NCBI GenBank assembly: GCA_965277715.1
Contig: OZ255836.1
Location: 32,001-96,000 of the forward strand
Direction: 5' to 3'
Length of the DNA: 64,000 nucleotides
Source: Gammaproteobacteria bacterium
GTDB lineage: Bacteria; Pseudomonadota; Gammaproteobacteria; JBCCGL01
The notes under the pieces: generated by a model
Database searches by the model: none
What the model was told of the DNA's origin: nothing
Seen by the model: only the letters and a program-made list of their open reading frames with translations
Position numbers and translations under genes: made by a program
In this document: positions 51,826-62,324 of the stretch, one piece after another
Layout of the letters: each line of letters opens with the position of its first letter
Numbering within the stretch: the stretch's first letter is position 1

Positions 51826-52701
51826 TCAACGAATGATGCCGAGCATTTCTGCCGCTTGCGCGGGTGTGGCGGGTTCGTTGCCAAGCTCGCGTATAATCCG
51901 TACGGCACGCTCTACCAATTGCACATTACTGGCGAACTCGCCTTTGTTGAGGTAGAGATTGTCTTCCAGGCCGACACGGCAATTACCCCCCAGGCTCGCT
52001 GCCTGAGCGACAATAGGAAATTCAAAACGCGAAATACCAAATGCGCTCCAGTTGGCATTCGTTGGCAGCAGGTTTTTCATTACGCTGAGAATTTCAGGTG
52101 TGGCGGGGGAGGCATGCGGAATGCCAAGGCATAGTTGGAACATTGGGTCGCCATCGATCAATCCCTCTTCAATTAATTTGTGCGCAAACACAATGTGGCC
52201 TGGCTCAAATACTTCCAGCTCTGGCTTGACGCCCAGCGTTTGAATACGTTCGGCCATAATGCGCAGATGGGCAGGGGTGTTAACGAATATTGTTTCACCA
52301 AAATTAAAGGTGCCGACATCGAGTGTACAAATATCGGGTCGCAGCGCTTCGATATGGTGTAGTCGATCGAGTGGCTGTACTAAAGTAGTGCCGGGGCCAC
52401 CTACACTGGCATCGACTTCACCGGGGGAGAAGCGGGCGCCCTCGCTGGTGGTGAGGTTGATTAATACATCGCTACCGGCGTCGCGGATGCGCTCAACCAC
52501 TTCGCGAAACAGCGCGGGATCACCGGAACGCATCCCTGTTTGTGGGTCGCGCACGTGAATATGCACGATGGCTGCGCCGACCTTGGCGGCGTTAATGCAG
52601 TCGTTGGCAATGTGTTCCGGGGTGATTGGGTAGTTGGGGTGTTTATCCTGATTATTGTGACCACCGCTGACGGCACAGGTCAAAATGATAGGCTTAGGCA
52701 T
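51826..52701 (-). CDS. Beta-keto acid cleavage enzyme (BKACE/DUF849)
   Basis: IVHIHVRD and RVGLEDN. Confidence 0.92.
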   Translation of the reverse strand: MPKPIILTCAVSGGHNNQDKHPNYPITPEHIANDCINAAKVGAAIVHIHVRDPQTGMRSGDPALFREVVERIRDAGSDVLINLTTSEGARFSPGEVDASVGGPGTTLVQPLDRLHHIEALRPDICTLDVGTFNFGETIFVNTPAHLRIMAERIQTLGVKPELEVFEPGHIVFAHKLIEEGLIDGDPMFQLCLGIPHASPATPEILSVMKNLLPTNANWSAFGISRFEFPIVAQAASLGGNCRVGLEDNLYLNKGEFASNVQLVERAVRIIRELGNEPATPAQAAEMLGIIR

Positions 52702-52746
52702 TTGATGTATTCCGGTTTTATATTTAATCAATTTAACATGAAACGA

Positions 52747-53418
52747 TTATTGCCATGCAAAATACGGCTGTTCGTAATGTGCTACGCGCGTTTGTCGGCC
52801 CAAAATCGCTATTTCCCGAAACTGGTAAGCTATCGCGGCTGTTGGTGCGGCGAACCAATCATCACCCAGTGGCATCTTTAATACCGGGTGTTCGCTTTCG
52901 GGGATTGTTTCTAAAATAGGGGCGTCATCACGCAGTAACTCATCAATGGGAATGCGGTGGATCGAGGCGACTTCATTGGGGTTTGCTGTTAATGTTATCC
53001 CGCTACCCCCCCATACAACCACTGGTGTGATAACAAACCCTGATCGGGTTGCATAATCGTCGAGTCGCCCCAGAATGTTTTCCGGTGGCAAAGCGATCCC
53101 CACTTCTTCCTGTAACTCTCTCAGCGCCGCTCGTTCGGGGGATTCACCGGGGTCGATACGCCCGCCGGGAAAAGCGCGTTGCCCCGCGTGGTTTTTTAGT
53201 TTGGCGGTGCGAATCGTAAGGATAAAGGCGGCCTGATCGGCTTGCGCAGGCGCAAACGGTATCGCGCCGATATTTGCATCGCCTTGCCGGTTGACAACGG
53301 TGATTGCAACTGCTGCGTGTTTCATACTGGTGAGCGGGCTTTGCCTGTGGGTGAATGCCTGCAGATTTGCGGTGATATGTTGGCGCAGTGTGTTGTCGGT
53401 TGTTAACTGGATGGTCAA
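52747..53418 (-). CDS. CoA pyrophosphatase-like Nudix hydrolase
   Basis: HAGQ.AFPGG..AALRELQEEVG. Confidence 0.88.
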   Translation of the reverse strand: MTIQLTTDNTLRQHITANLQAFTHRQSPLTSMKHAAVAITVVNRQGDANIGAIPFAPAQADQAAFILTIRTAKLKNHAGQRAFPGGRIDPGESPERAALRELQEEVGIALPPENILGRLDDYATRSGFVITPVVVWGGSGITLTANPNEVASIHRIPIDELLRDDAPILETIPESEHPVLKMPLGDDWFAAPTAAIAYQFREIAILGRQTRVAHYEQPYFAWQ

Positions 53419-53727
53419 ATTAATACCTGTTAGGTAGGCGCACGGTCATCATGCGGTATATAAAAAATATCATTGCACTATTCTTGCACAACCTCTATGG
53501 GTTAAATTGTGAGGATGGCTACGATGATTAAAGAAGTATATAAGAGCCTGTGATGAAAGGGCGGATAGGGTAGCTGAAGCTGTTGCCGCGCATGGTCAAC
53601 GGTTTAATAAAATCGTTGACCATTTGCTTATTCTCAAATAGGTGGTGAGATTGGTTTTTGTTGTCGGGATTTTACCCATACCCGCAAGCCCGTTGTAGTC
53701 TGGAAAAATTGGGTTTGCATAACACGT

Positions 53728-54741
53728 TTATATAAACGAAGCACCCAATTCCGCTACAGGTCGGGCCATTGCCCCAACCTGTGCAGCGTCTCCGGCAGAG
53801 GCATTGCCATCAATGGATCGTTTTAATACTCCCTGAGTAATCGCCGCAAAACGAAAACACTGGAATGCCAGCCAGAATGCCCAGCTATGCGATGCTGCTA
53901 AGCGGGCTTTGTGTAAAAACCTAGCGAAAATTTCCTCTTCCTGCGGAATACCCAGTTCAACCCGTCGTTGTTCGGTAACACCGGAAAAATACCCCCCTTC
54001 AGGAAAGCGCAACATAGTCATCCAGTAAGTGATGTCTACCAGTGGATGGCCGAGTGTTGAGAGTTCCCAGTCGATAACCCCTATTACCCTTGGCTCCGTA
54101 GGGTGGATAATCATATTATCCAGGCGAAAATCACCATGGACCAGGCAAGGGTTGCCTGTATCCTGCGGCGTATTTGCGGGCAGCCATTCAATCAATAATT
54201 CCATCGCTTCGATCTTTTCCGTTTGTGCTGTTCTGTACTGCCGTGTCCAGCGGGAAATTTGCCGTTGCATAAAGTCACCATTGCGACCGAAATCGGCAAG
54301 CCCAACACTGTCGATATCAATGCTGGCGATATGCGTCACCATTTCGAGTTGTGATTGGTAGATAGCTGACCGCTCACCCCGGTTGAGTGATGGCAGCGCA
54401 GGGTCAGAGAATACCCTGCCCGATAAATACGCCATGACAAAGAATGCCGTGCCGATAATTGTTGTATCCTCACACAGGGCCAACATTTTTGGCACAGCGA
54501 CCCCCGTGGCGTCAAGCGCCTGCATTACCCGAAATTCTCGCTCTATTGCGTGAGCTGATTTCAGTAACACCCCCGGTGGCTTTTTGCGTAGTACGTATTG
54601 ACCTGATTGAGCGGTAATCAAGTAAGTGGGATTGGATTGACCGACAGGAAATTTTTTAATTGCAGTAAATCCTTCAAATCCCTCGATGTGGCTTTGTAGC
54701 CATGCCGCCAATGTCTTGGATTCAACGTCATATGTGTTCAT
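53728..54741 (-). CDS. APH/ACAD10-11-like phosphotransferase
   Basis: GQSNPTY, HGDFRLDN, DWELSTLG. Confidence 0.9.
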   Translation of the reverse strand: MNTYDVESKTLAAWLQSHIEGFEGFTAIKKFPVGQSNPTYLITAQSGQYVLRKKPPGVLLKSAHAIEREFRVMQALDATGVAVPKMLALCEDTTIIGTAFFVMAYLSGRVFSDPALPSLNRGERSAIYQSQLEMVTHIASIDIDSVGLADFGRNGDFMQRQISRWTRQYRTAQTEKIEAMELLIEWLPANTPQDTGNPCLVHGDFRLDNMIIHPTEPRVIGVIDWELSTLGHPLVDITYWMTMLRFPEGGYFSGVTEQRRVELGIPQEEEIFARFLHKARLAASHSWAFWLAFQCFRFAAITQGVLKRSIDGNASAGDAAQVGAMARPVAELGASFI

Positions 54742-54814
54742 AGGCTTACTGCAAGGTGGCTTATTGCGTTAGGATAAAATCTGAATACTGAATAAAGCAA
54801 TATATCAACATACC

Positions 54815-56737
54815 ATGATGACTATAGATAACACGACCCATAACATACCTTCTCACCCATTGGATCCACTGAGTGCGCAGGAGCTGTCACTTGCTATCGA
54901 GGTGATTCGTCGTGAAAGGCATCTCGACGACCGGGTTTTGTTTGAACAGGTGAGGCTGAACGAGCCATCAAAACAGACCGTTCGCCACTTTTCTCCAGGT
55001 GGCAGTATAGAGCGCGAAGCATTTGCCGTTGTACTTGACCGTAATGCCGCCAAAACATTTGAAGCGTTGGTGTCATTGAATACTGCCAGCTTGAAATCCT
55101 GGGTGCACGTGCCCGGTGTGCAAGCCTGTATTCTTGCTGAAGAATGCGAGGAGATGGCTGATCAGGTCAAATCACACCCTGATTTTCTCGATGGCTTGAA
55201 GCGGCGTGGTATCGAAAATATCGCGCAGGTATCAGTAGAAGGGTTTGCTGTCGCCAACTTCGCAGCACCACAGGAACAGCACTTGCGCTTGCTACGGGCG
55301 CATTGTTTTTATGTGGAAAATCCAGGCGATAATGCGCATGTGCGCCCCATTGAAGGCCTGGTGCCCGTGATCGATTTGAATGCTATGCGGGTATTGCGGG
55401 TTGAAGATAACGGCGTAGTGCCGATTCCACCAGATCGTGGTGATTACCACGTTGAGCGACTTGAACCGACAAGGACACCGCTGGCCGCATTGAATATTAC
55501 ACAGCCCGATGGCCCGGATTTTGTTGTCGATGGCCATGCCGTAAGCTGGCAAAACTGGCATTTCAGAGTAGGGTTTACACCACGTGAAGGCTTAGTGTTG
55601 CACACGCTGTCATTCACCGAGGGCGACCAGTGCAGGCCTGTTATTTACCGTGCTTCACTGAGTGAGCTGGTGGTGCCTTATGGTGATACCGCAGGTGATC
55701 ACGCGATGAATCACTCGTTTGACCTGGGTGAAGGCGTGTTTGGCTCGGCGGTTAATTCACTGACGCTGGGGTGTGATTGCGTCGGTGAGATTTATTATTT
55801 CGATGTTAATCTCGTTAGTGCCTATGGCGATATTAAGCACCTGGCCAATGCAATCTGCATGCACGAAGAGGATTACGGTGTGTTATGGAAGCACACCGAT
55901 GCGCAAACCAAACGAACTGAAGTGCGCCGTTCGCGGCGTTTGGTCGTGTCTTCATTTTTCACTATTGGCAATTACGATTATGGTATTTTCTGGTATTTAT
56001 ATCTTGATGGCAGCATCGAATTTGAAGCTAAACTGACAGGCATGCTGTATACGCGGGCCGTCGAGCCAGGCGAGAAAACGCCTTATGGCCGGTTGGTTGC
56101 GCCGAACCTGAATGGCATGATGCATGAGCATTACTTCAATATACGCCTGGATATGTGTATTGATGGTGACGAAAACACACTCCTTGAAGTTGAGGCGGCA
56201 AGGGTTGAAACGGGGCCGTCTAACCTGCACGGCAATGCACATGGCGTTAAAGAAATCGCTATTACATCAGAAAAATACGCAGGTAGAGACACCAAGCCAG
56301 AGAATGCACGTTTCTGGAAAGTGATTAATCCATCGAAAAAAAATACGCTGGGCTGGCACCCTGGCTATAAACTTATTCCCGGTCCAACAATTAAACCGAT
56401 GCATCAACCTGGCTCGCCTTTTATGCGGCGAGCAGGGTTTGTCGGGCACGATTTATGGGTAACTGCTTATGATCCAGAGCAACTTTATGCGCCTGGTAAA
56501 TACGTTAACCAGCGCGAATATGGCCCAGGTATTCCAGAGTGGGTGAAACAGGATCGACCACTGCTGGGTTCGGATATTGTACTCTGGCATACGATGGGGG
56601 TAATGCATTTACCCCGGCCTGAAGATTTTCCGGTCATGCCGGTCGAATATGTCGGATTCATGTTGAAGCCTGTGGGGTTTTTCGAACGAAACCCAGCGTT
56701 GAATTTAGCGCCGCCAGGGTGTCATGGTAGTCGCTGA
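54815..56737 (+). CDS. tynA: Copper/TPQ primary-amine oxidase
   Basis: HPLDPL, TIGNYDY (TPQ), HEH and H.PRPEDFPVMP. Confidence 0.92.
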   Translation: MMTIDNTTHNIPSHPLDPLSAQELSLAIEVIRRERHLDDRVLFEQVRLNEPSKQTVRHFSPGGSIEREAFAVVLDRNAAKTFEALVSLNTASLKSWVHVPGVQACILAEECEEMADQVKSHPDFLDGLKRRGIENIAQVSVEGFAVANFAAPQEQHLRLLRAHCFYVENPGDNAHVRPIEGLVPVIDLNAMRVLRVEDNGVVPIPPDRGDYHVERLEPTRTPLAALNITQPDGPDFVVDGHAVSWQNWHFRVGFTPREGLVLHTLSFTEGDQCRPVIYRASLSELVVPYGDTAGDHAMNHSFDLGEGVFGSAVNSLTLGCDCVGEIYYFDVNLVSAYGDIKHLANAICMHEEDYGVLWKHTDAQTKRTEVRRSRRLVVSSFFTIGNYDYGIFWYLYLDGSIEFEAKLTGMLYTRAVEPGEKTPYGRLVAPNLNGMMHEHYFNIRLDMCIDGDENTLLEVEAARVETGPSNLHGNAHGVKEIAITSEKYAGRDTKPENARFWKVINPSKKNTLGWHPGYKLIPGPTIKPMHQPGSPFMRRAGFVGHDLWVTAYDPEQLYAPGKYVNQREYGPGIPEWVKQDRPLLGSDIVLWHTMGVMHLPRPEDFPVMPVEYVGFMLKPVGFFERNPALNLAPPGCHGSR

Positions 56738-56844
56738 TAATATGCCTACTTCTCTATTAAACAGTATTTGCGTTAACGCTGGGGCTCGGGGTAAGGCGTA
56801 GCGGTGCACAATCGTTTTCGACAACTCACCGTTGTAAAAATCTT

Positions 56845-57429
56845 TCAGGTCCCAGTGTTTAGAAAATTCTGCAACAATGCGTGGCCGTGTTCGCTCATTA
56901 TCGATTCGGGGTGGAATTGAACTCCTTCAATTGCCAGTGTTTTGTGTCGAAGGCCCATAATTTCATCGATTTCACCATTGGCTGTTTGTGTCCAGGCAGT
57001 GACTTCCAGGCACTCGGGTAAACAGGCTTTATCGACCACCAGTGAGTGGTAACGCGTTGCCTGAAAGGGCGAGGGAATATGGGCAAACACACCGCAGTTG
57101 TTGTGATAAACCATCGATAACTTGCCGTGCATAATGTCTGTGGCAGAGGTGATTTTACCCCCGTAAACCTGACCAATACATTGATGACCCAGGCAAACCC
57201 CTAATAACGGTATCTTGCCTGCTATTGCCTCGATGATTGCCATCGATATGCCCGCATCATTTGGTGTGCCTGGCCCGGGCGAAATCATTATACGCTCTGG
57301 TGACAGTTCACTTAATTGCGCAATACTGATTTTGTCATTGCGGTATACCTCGACATTACCGCCAAGCTCGCTCAGGTACTGTACGAGATTAAAGGTAAAC
57401 GAATCATAATTATCGATCACTAACAACAT
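56845..57429 (-). CDS. trpG: Anthranilate/aminodeoxychorismate synthase component II
   Basis: IDNYDSF, SPGPG, GVCLGHQ, QFHPES. Confidence 0.92.
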   Translation of the reverse strand: MLLVIDNYDSFTFNLVQYLSELGGNVEVYRNDKISIAQLSELSPERIMISPGPGTPNDAGISMAIIEAIAGKIPLLGVCLGHQCIGQVYGGKITSATDIMHGKLSMVYHNNCGVFAHIPSPFQATRYHSLVVDKACLPECLEVTAWTQTANGEIDEIMGLRHKTLAIEGVQFHPESIMSEHGHALLQNFLNTGT

Positions 57430-58254
57430 CTACAGATCCTCCCGCACGGTAGTTGCCTGGTTATCCATGCGTTGTTCTAGGCGCACCAACGCTGCACGCG
57501 TTGCCTCCAGTTCGCGCAGGATATCGCCCTGAGTAGGCGCCTCCCGCAATGCTTCGAGCTGTTCGAGCTTGGCCTCTTCCAGATTGTTCAATACCACGGC
57601 AATAAACAAATTGACGATGACGAATGTGCCAACGATAACGAAGCTGACGAAGTACACCCAGGCCATCGGGTGTAGTGCCATCGCTGTGTACATGACATCG
57701 GTCCAGTCTTCGAGTGTCACTATGCGAAACAAGGTGAGCAGTGAAACGCCTAAATTGCGCCAATGGGTGGGGTCGTGCTCAGCAAATAAGTGGTAACCAC
57801 ATACAGCGTAGATATAAAAAATAACTGACATGAGGAGCACCACATGCCCCATGCTTGGCAGTGAACGAATTAATGTGCTGACAATAAGGCGCAGTTTTGG
57901 CACGGTGGAAATCAGCCGCAATACGCGCAGCAAGCGCGCCAGCCGTGCGATCATGGCAAACTGGCCCGTAGCCGGTATCAGGGAAAACAGGATGATAGAG
58001 AAATCGAACAGGTTCCAGCCATCGCTAAAATAGCGCCCATAACGTGGCGCGACGGCGATGATTTTTATAGCCGCTTCCAGTATAAACATACCGAGGATAA
58101 CCCGGTTGGCCAAGACCATTTCGTGGTGATAGGCTGTGCGAATTACTTCAATGGTTTCCAGGCCAAGCAGTACCGCGCTGAATAAAATCAGGCCAATAAC
58201 AGTGCGCTCAAATAAGGGATTGGCAATCAGTTGTCGGCACAGTAGTCGCATCAC
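57430..58254 (-). CDS. Bacterial voltage-gated cation channel (BacNav family)
   Basis: WNLFDF, S4 [12 protein letters not shown], filter TLEDWTD, NLFIAV, C-terminal coiled coil. Confidence 0.9.
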   Translation of the reverse strand: MMRLLCRQLIANPLFERTVIGLILFSAVLLGLETIEVIRTAYHHEMVLANRVILGMFILEAAIKIIAVAPRYGRYFSDGWNLFDFSIILFSLIPATGQFAMIARLARLLRVLRLISTVPKLRLIVSTLIRSLPSMGHVVLLMSVIFYIYAVCGYHLFAEHDPTHWRNLGVSLLTLFRIVTLEDWTDVMYTAMALHPMAWVYFVSFVIVGTFVIVNLFIAVVLNNLEEAKLEQLEALREAPTQGDILRELEATRAALVRLEQRMDNQATTVREDL

Positions 58255-59774
58255 ATACTCTCCGTTGTTTGCTGTTTTGTGTTGGTTTGCCGCTCTCCCA
58301 GTCTCGTCAGGCCCTTTTCGGCAAGGGTTACCGCACGAAACACGGCGCGTGCCTTGTTCATGGTTTCATCCCATTCGCTTTGCGGCACTGAGTCATACAC
58401 CAGCCCGGCACCTGCCTGAATATGCAGCACATCATCTTTAATAACCGCTGTGCGAATGGCGATGGCGGTATCCATATTGCCGTTCCAGGCCAGATAACCT
58501 ACCGCACCGCCATAGATACCGCGTTTAACGGGTTCGAGTTCGTCGATAATCTCCATTGCGCGTACCTTTGGCGCGCCACTTAGCGTGCCCGCAGGAAAGG
58601 TGGCACGCAATACGTCGATAGCGGATAGGCCTTTTTTGAGTTTGCCGACCACATTGGAAACGATATGCATCACATGCGAGTAGCGCTCAATAACCATTTT
58701 ATCAGTCAGCTCAACGCTGCCTGTCTCGGCAACCCGGCCAGTATCATTACGCCCCAGGTCGATTAACATCAAATGCTCGGCAATCTCTTTTGGGTCTGCC
58801 AGTAAATCCGCTTCCAGTGCACGGTCTTCAGTGTCGTTAGCGCCACGTGGGCGGGTGCCTGCAATAGGGCGTACTGTGACCTCGCCCGCTTCGAGCCGCA
58901 CCAGAATTTCCGGGGATGAACCAACCACAAAGTGATCACCGAGGTTGAGGTAGAACATATAGGGTGATGGATTTAACAGGCGTAGCGAGCGGTATAAATC
59001 CAGCGGCGGTGCACTAAAGGGCGTCGATAAGCGCTGTGATAACACCACCTGCATACACTCCCCTTCGGTAATGTAGCGACGACAAGTCTCAACGCCTTGT
59101 TTGTACTCCGCCTCGCTGTAACCGGATACGAAATCACACTCCTGCACTTCACGGGGTGATACCTGGGGTTGCTGTGGCAGTGGTTTACCTAAATCATCGA
59201 TGATGTGTTGCAGGCGTAACTCGCCATCGGCAAGCGCCTGGGGGTGATCCGGGTCGATATGAATAACGACAAATAATTTGCCATTGAGGTTGTCAAATAC
59301 CAGCACCTGATCGGCGAGCATCAATAAAATATCGGGTGTGTTGATTGGGTCAGGGTGTTTGTTTGGCCCTAACCGTGGCTCGATATAGCGCACAGTGTCA
59401 TAGCCAAAATAACCTACCAGCCCACCGGTAAATACCGGCAAACCCTCAACCTCGGGTACGCGGAACTGTTTTTGGTAGTGTTCAATCCAGTCGAGTGGGT
59501 CTTCAGCATGCAGTTGTTCAACCGTGTTACCAGACTCGCTAATCGTGATGTGCTGTCCATGTACTTGCACCACCCGCCGCGCTGGCAGGCCGATAATTGA
59601 ATAGCGACCCCATTTTTCGCCGCCGTGCACCGACTCGAACAAAAACGAATACGGTTGTGCTGCCAGCTTTAGATAGACAGAGAGAGGGGTATCGAGGTCA
59701 GCCAATACCTCGCGGTACAGGGGGATGCGGTTATAACCAAGGCTGGTGTAGTGGTCAAATTGTTCAGGTGTCAT
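58251..59774 (-). CDS. trpE: Anthranilate synthase component I
   Basis: [33 protein letters not shown]. Confidence 0.96.
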   Translation of the reverse strand: MTPEQFDHYTSLGYNRIPLYREVLADLDTPLSVYLKLAAQPYSFLFESVHGGEKWGRYSIIGLPARRVVQVHGQHITISESGNTVEQLHAEDPLDWIEHYQKQFRVPEVEGLPVFTGGLVGYFGYDTVRYIEPRLGPNKHPDPINTPDILLMLADQVLVFDNLNGKLFVVIHIDPDHPQALADGELRLQHIIDDLGKPLPQQPQVSPREVQECDFVSGYSEAEYKQGVETCRRYITEGECMQVVLSQRLSTPFSAPPLDLYRSLRLLNPSPYMFYLNLGDHFVVGSSPEILVRLEAGEVTVRPIAGTRPRGANDTEDRALEADLLADPKEIAEHLMLIDLGRNDTGRVAETGSVELTDKMVIERYSHVMHIVSNVVGKLKKGLSAIDVLRATFPAGTLSGAPKVRAMEIIDELEPVKRGIYGGAVGYLAWNGNMDTAIAIRTAVIKDDVLHIQAGAGLVYDSVPQSEWDETMNKARAVFRAVTLAEKGLTRLGERQTNTKQQTTESM

Positions 59775-59808
59775 AGCATTACATCAAATCAGAGGGTAGT
59801 GGGTAGTA

Positions 59809-59871
59809 TCAAACAACGTGCATAGCACGATGCCATCGCCAACCCCTCACTGATTTGGTGTATACAGACAT
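59809..59871 (-). promoter_or_regulatory. trpL: Putative trp leader peptide MSVYTKSVRGWRWHRAMHVV
   Basis: 20-codon ORF with W-R-W ending 34 nt before trpE. Confidence 0.65.
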
Positions 59872-60075
59872 ACATAAACATCGCATAAAAAAACGGTGCA
59901 ATGATAACCTGAAATACCCTTGAGTGGTCAAGTATGGGATGCGTACTTTATCGAAATTGATGTTTATTTTTGCTTAATTCAGATTATAGACGGCCAGACT
60001 GTGTACTAGGTGTAAAACGGCCATGTGTTAAGCTACAACTCCTATCTTGCCGTTAATTCTCTGCTGGGAAAAACC

Positions 60076-60861
60076 ATGAATCTGCCTCAACCACGCACCC
60101 GAAAAAATTTTTCTTTGATTGGGTTGGGGGCGCTTGCGTTTAAATTATTTAAGAGCGTCAAAGTGATAAAAGTGGCCTTGCTTGGCCTGAGTGCGGGGGC
60201 TTATTCACTGTTGTTCTCGTGGCAATTTGCCGCTGTGTTGTTGGCCTGTATTGTGTTTCATGAGTATGGGCATATCAGGGCCATGCGCTATTTTGGTATG
60301 AAAACCAAGGGCATTTACCTGATACCGTTTGTCGGTGGCCTGGCAGTGACCGATCAACGCATCGAAACCCGTTGGCAGGATGTGACTATTTCGATTATGG
60401 GGCCGGTATTTGGCTTGCTGCTAAGCCTGGCGGCGGCGCTGGTTTATGTGCTTACCGGTCAGGTTTTTTGGGCGGCGATTGCCTCGTTTAACGCGTTTAT
60501 CAATATCTTTAATTTGTTGCCGATTATGCCGCTGGACGGTGGGCGTATTATCAAAAGTATTGCCTTTTCACTGCATGGCATTGTCGGTTTTGCAGCGGCA
60601 GTTGTCGGGTTGTTGGTGGGTATATTTTTTCTGGTGTATTTTAAAATCTATCTATTGGTGTTATTGCTGATCATCGGCCTGCTGGATTTAATAGGCGAGT
60701 GGAGAATACGTGGGATGTCACCTATAAGACCGATGAACGCTTATGCGTGCCAGGTTGCCTTCGCCTGGTATGCCCTGGTATTGGGTGGGTTGATCGCGAT
60801 TATCTGGCAATTCGCGAGTATTGAGGGGTTGGGGATACCGTTGATGGTTTTAAGTAGCTGA
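60076..60861 (+). CDS. Site-2 (M50) membrane metalloprotease
   Basis: HEYGH and NLLPIMPLDGG. Confidence 0.9.
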   Translation: MNLPQPRTRKNFSLIGLGALAFKLFKSVKVIKVALLGLSAGAYSLLFSWQFAAVLLACIVFHEYGHIRAMRYFGMKTKGIYLIPFVGGLAVTDQRIETRWQDVTISIMGPVFGLLLSLAAALVYVLTGQVFWAAIASFNAFINIFNLLPIMPLDGGRIIKSIAFSLHGIVGFAAAVVGLLVGIFFLVYFKIYLLVLLLIIGLLDLIGEWRIRGMSPIRPMNAYACQVAFAWYALVLGGLIAIIWQFASIEGLGIPLMVLSS

Positions 60862-62121
60862 TAGGGTGTTGCCACAAAGCAGGCCAAGCGGTAGCGCAAA
60901 AAAACGATTGTCCCCCCAGCGAAATGGCAATATCTGCTGGCCCGCGTAAAACAGGTAGCCCTGTTTGAACCGCTCCTCAGCAAATTCTGCCAGTTTGCCG
61001 AGGCCTTTAAAGTCCGCTTTGTTGACACTGGCAGATGCCTTGACTTCGATGCCAATAATAGTGCCATCACTCCTCTCCAGAACAATATCAACTTCATTTT
61101 TCTGCTTATCTCGAAAGTGGTATAACGCGGTTTCCTCTTGTGCCCAACCGGCCTGTTTGCAGCATTCCATATAGAGCAGGCTCTCCAGTAAACCGCCGTA
61201 ATGCGGGCTATTTAGTAGTTGCGCTCCGCTGCGAATGCCCAATAAATAACAGGCCAGTCCTGTATCGACGAAGTGTACTTTGGGTATGCGCGTGGCTTGT
61301 CGTTTTGACCGGTTTTTTAAGTAGGCGGGTACACGCCGTAGAATAAACATCAGGTCGAGTATTTCACTGTAGTTTTTTGCCAGTTTGTCATCCAATTCAA
61401 GGTCATTGGCAATACTGGCGTATTTGAGCAGATTGCCACTTAAACCGGCGAGATAAGGGGCTAGTGCCTGTATCTTGGCGTGATAGTCACCGCGTGCGGC
61501 GTAGAGGCTTTCAAAGTCTTTGTACAGGCGGCCTTCAATATAGGATTTAAACCAGAATGACCGCATCCGGGGGCTTTTATTCTGTATTTCCGGGTATCCT
61601 CCGTTCACTACCCAATTGGCTATTTGCTCGCGGTTTATTGCAGGAATTACAGTAGATTGAAAATCTCCGGCCAACATGCAGTCGATAATATTGCATGGCT
61701 GGGATGATATTTCGCCAAGGGATAAAGGGTATAGCTCCAGGCGTGCCATATGTCCGGGAAGTGCTTCTTGCGTATGCGCAGAGCGAAAGATGTCCGCTGA
61801 GCCGGTCAACAGAAACCGGCCTTTTTCATTGGTGTCGAGATTATCTGAAATGTATTTAATGGCGGGTATTAATTCTGGCGCATATTGAAATTCGTCAAGT
61901 ACGGTTTTTTTTGCCCCCAGTGATTGTATAAACCCATGTGGGTCGTTGCGTGCGGATGCCAGGGCTGCCTGATTATCAAGGCTGATATAGTCCATACCCA
62001 GTTGTTTGGCTGTCGAGCGCGCCAGCGTGGTTTTACCTGCCTGTCGCGGGCCGGTGAGATAGAGTATGCGAAAAGTTGCCAGTAACTCTCCAATAATAGG
62101 TTCCAGATTTCTTGCGTACAT
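60850..62121 (-). CDS. AAA_14 ATPase with a DUF4143 C-terminus
   Basis: GPRQAGKTT, LDEFQ, LTGS, GGYP, EVDIV..IEVK. Confidence 0.9.
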   Translation of the reverse strand: MYARNLEPIIGELLATFRILYLTGPRQAGKTTLARSTAKQLGMDYISLDNQAALASARNDPHGFIQSLGAKKTVLDEFQYAPELIPAIKYISDNLDTNEKGRFLLTGSADIFRSAHTQEALPGHMARLELYPLSLGEISSQPCNIIDCMLAGDFQSTVIPAINREQIANWVVNGGYPEIQNKSPRMRSFWFKSYIEGRLYKDFESLYAARGDYHAKIQALAPYLAGLSGNLLKYASIANDLELDDKLAKNYSEILDLMFILRRVPAYLKNRSKRQATRIPKVHFVDTGLACYLLGIRSGAQLLNSPHYGGLLESLLYMECCKQAGWAQEETALYHFRDKQKNEVDIVLERSDGTIIGIEVKASASVNKADFKGLGKLAEFAEERFKQGYLFYAGQQILPFRWGDNRFFALPLGLLCGNTLSAT

Positions 62122-62158
62122 GGCATTTCAGGCTGTGTATAGTCGCTTGTAGTCTAGC

Positions 62159-62220
62159 CTTAACCCGAGAAATATCAACTCTTAACCCGAGAAATATTAT
62201 CTCTTAACCCGAGAAATATA
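62159..62220. repeat. 22-bp-period direct repeat x3 upstream of the AAA_14 gene
   Basis: CTTAACCCGAGAAATAT at 62159, 62181 and 62203. Confidence 0.9.
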
Positions 62221-62324
62221 ACATTTAGCTTACTGGTACGCTTTATTTACGCAATGGCAGGGCTATCCAGTGCGCACGATGTAATACTTGCAGATTTCTA
62301 CACCGATAACCTCTCTTAAATACA

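Noticed and set aside
62159-62220. Mini-CRISPR
   Set aside because: The intervening sequences are only 5 bp, so this is a tandem repeat.
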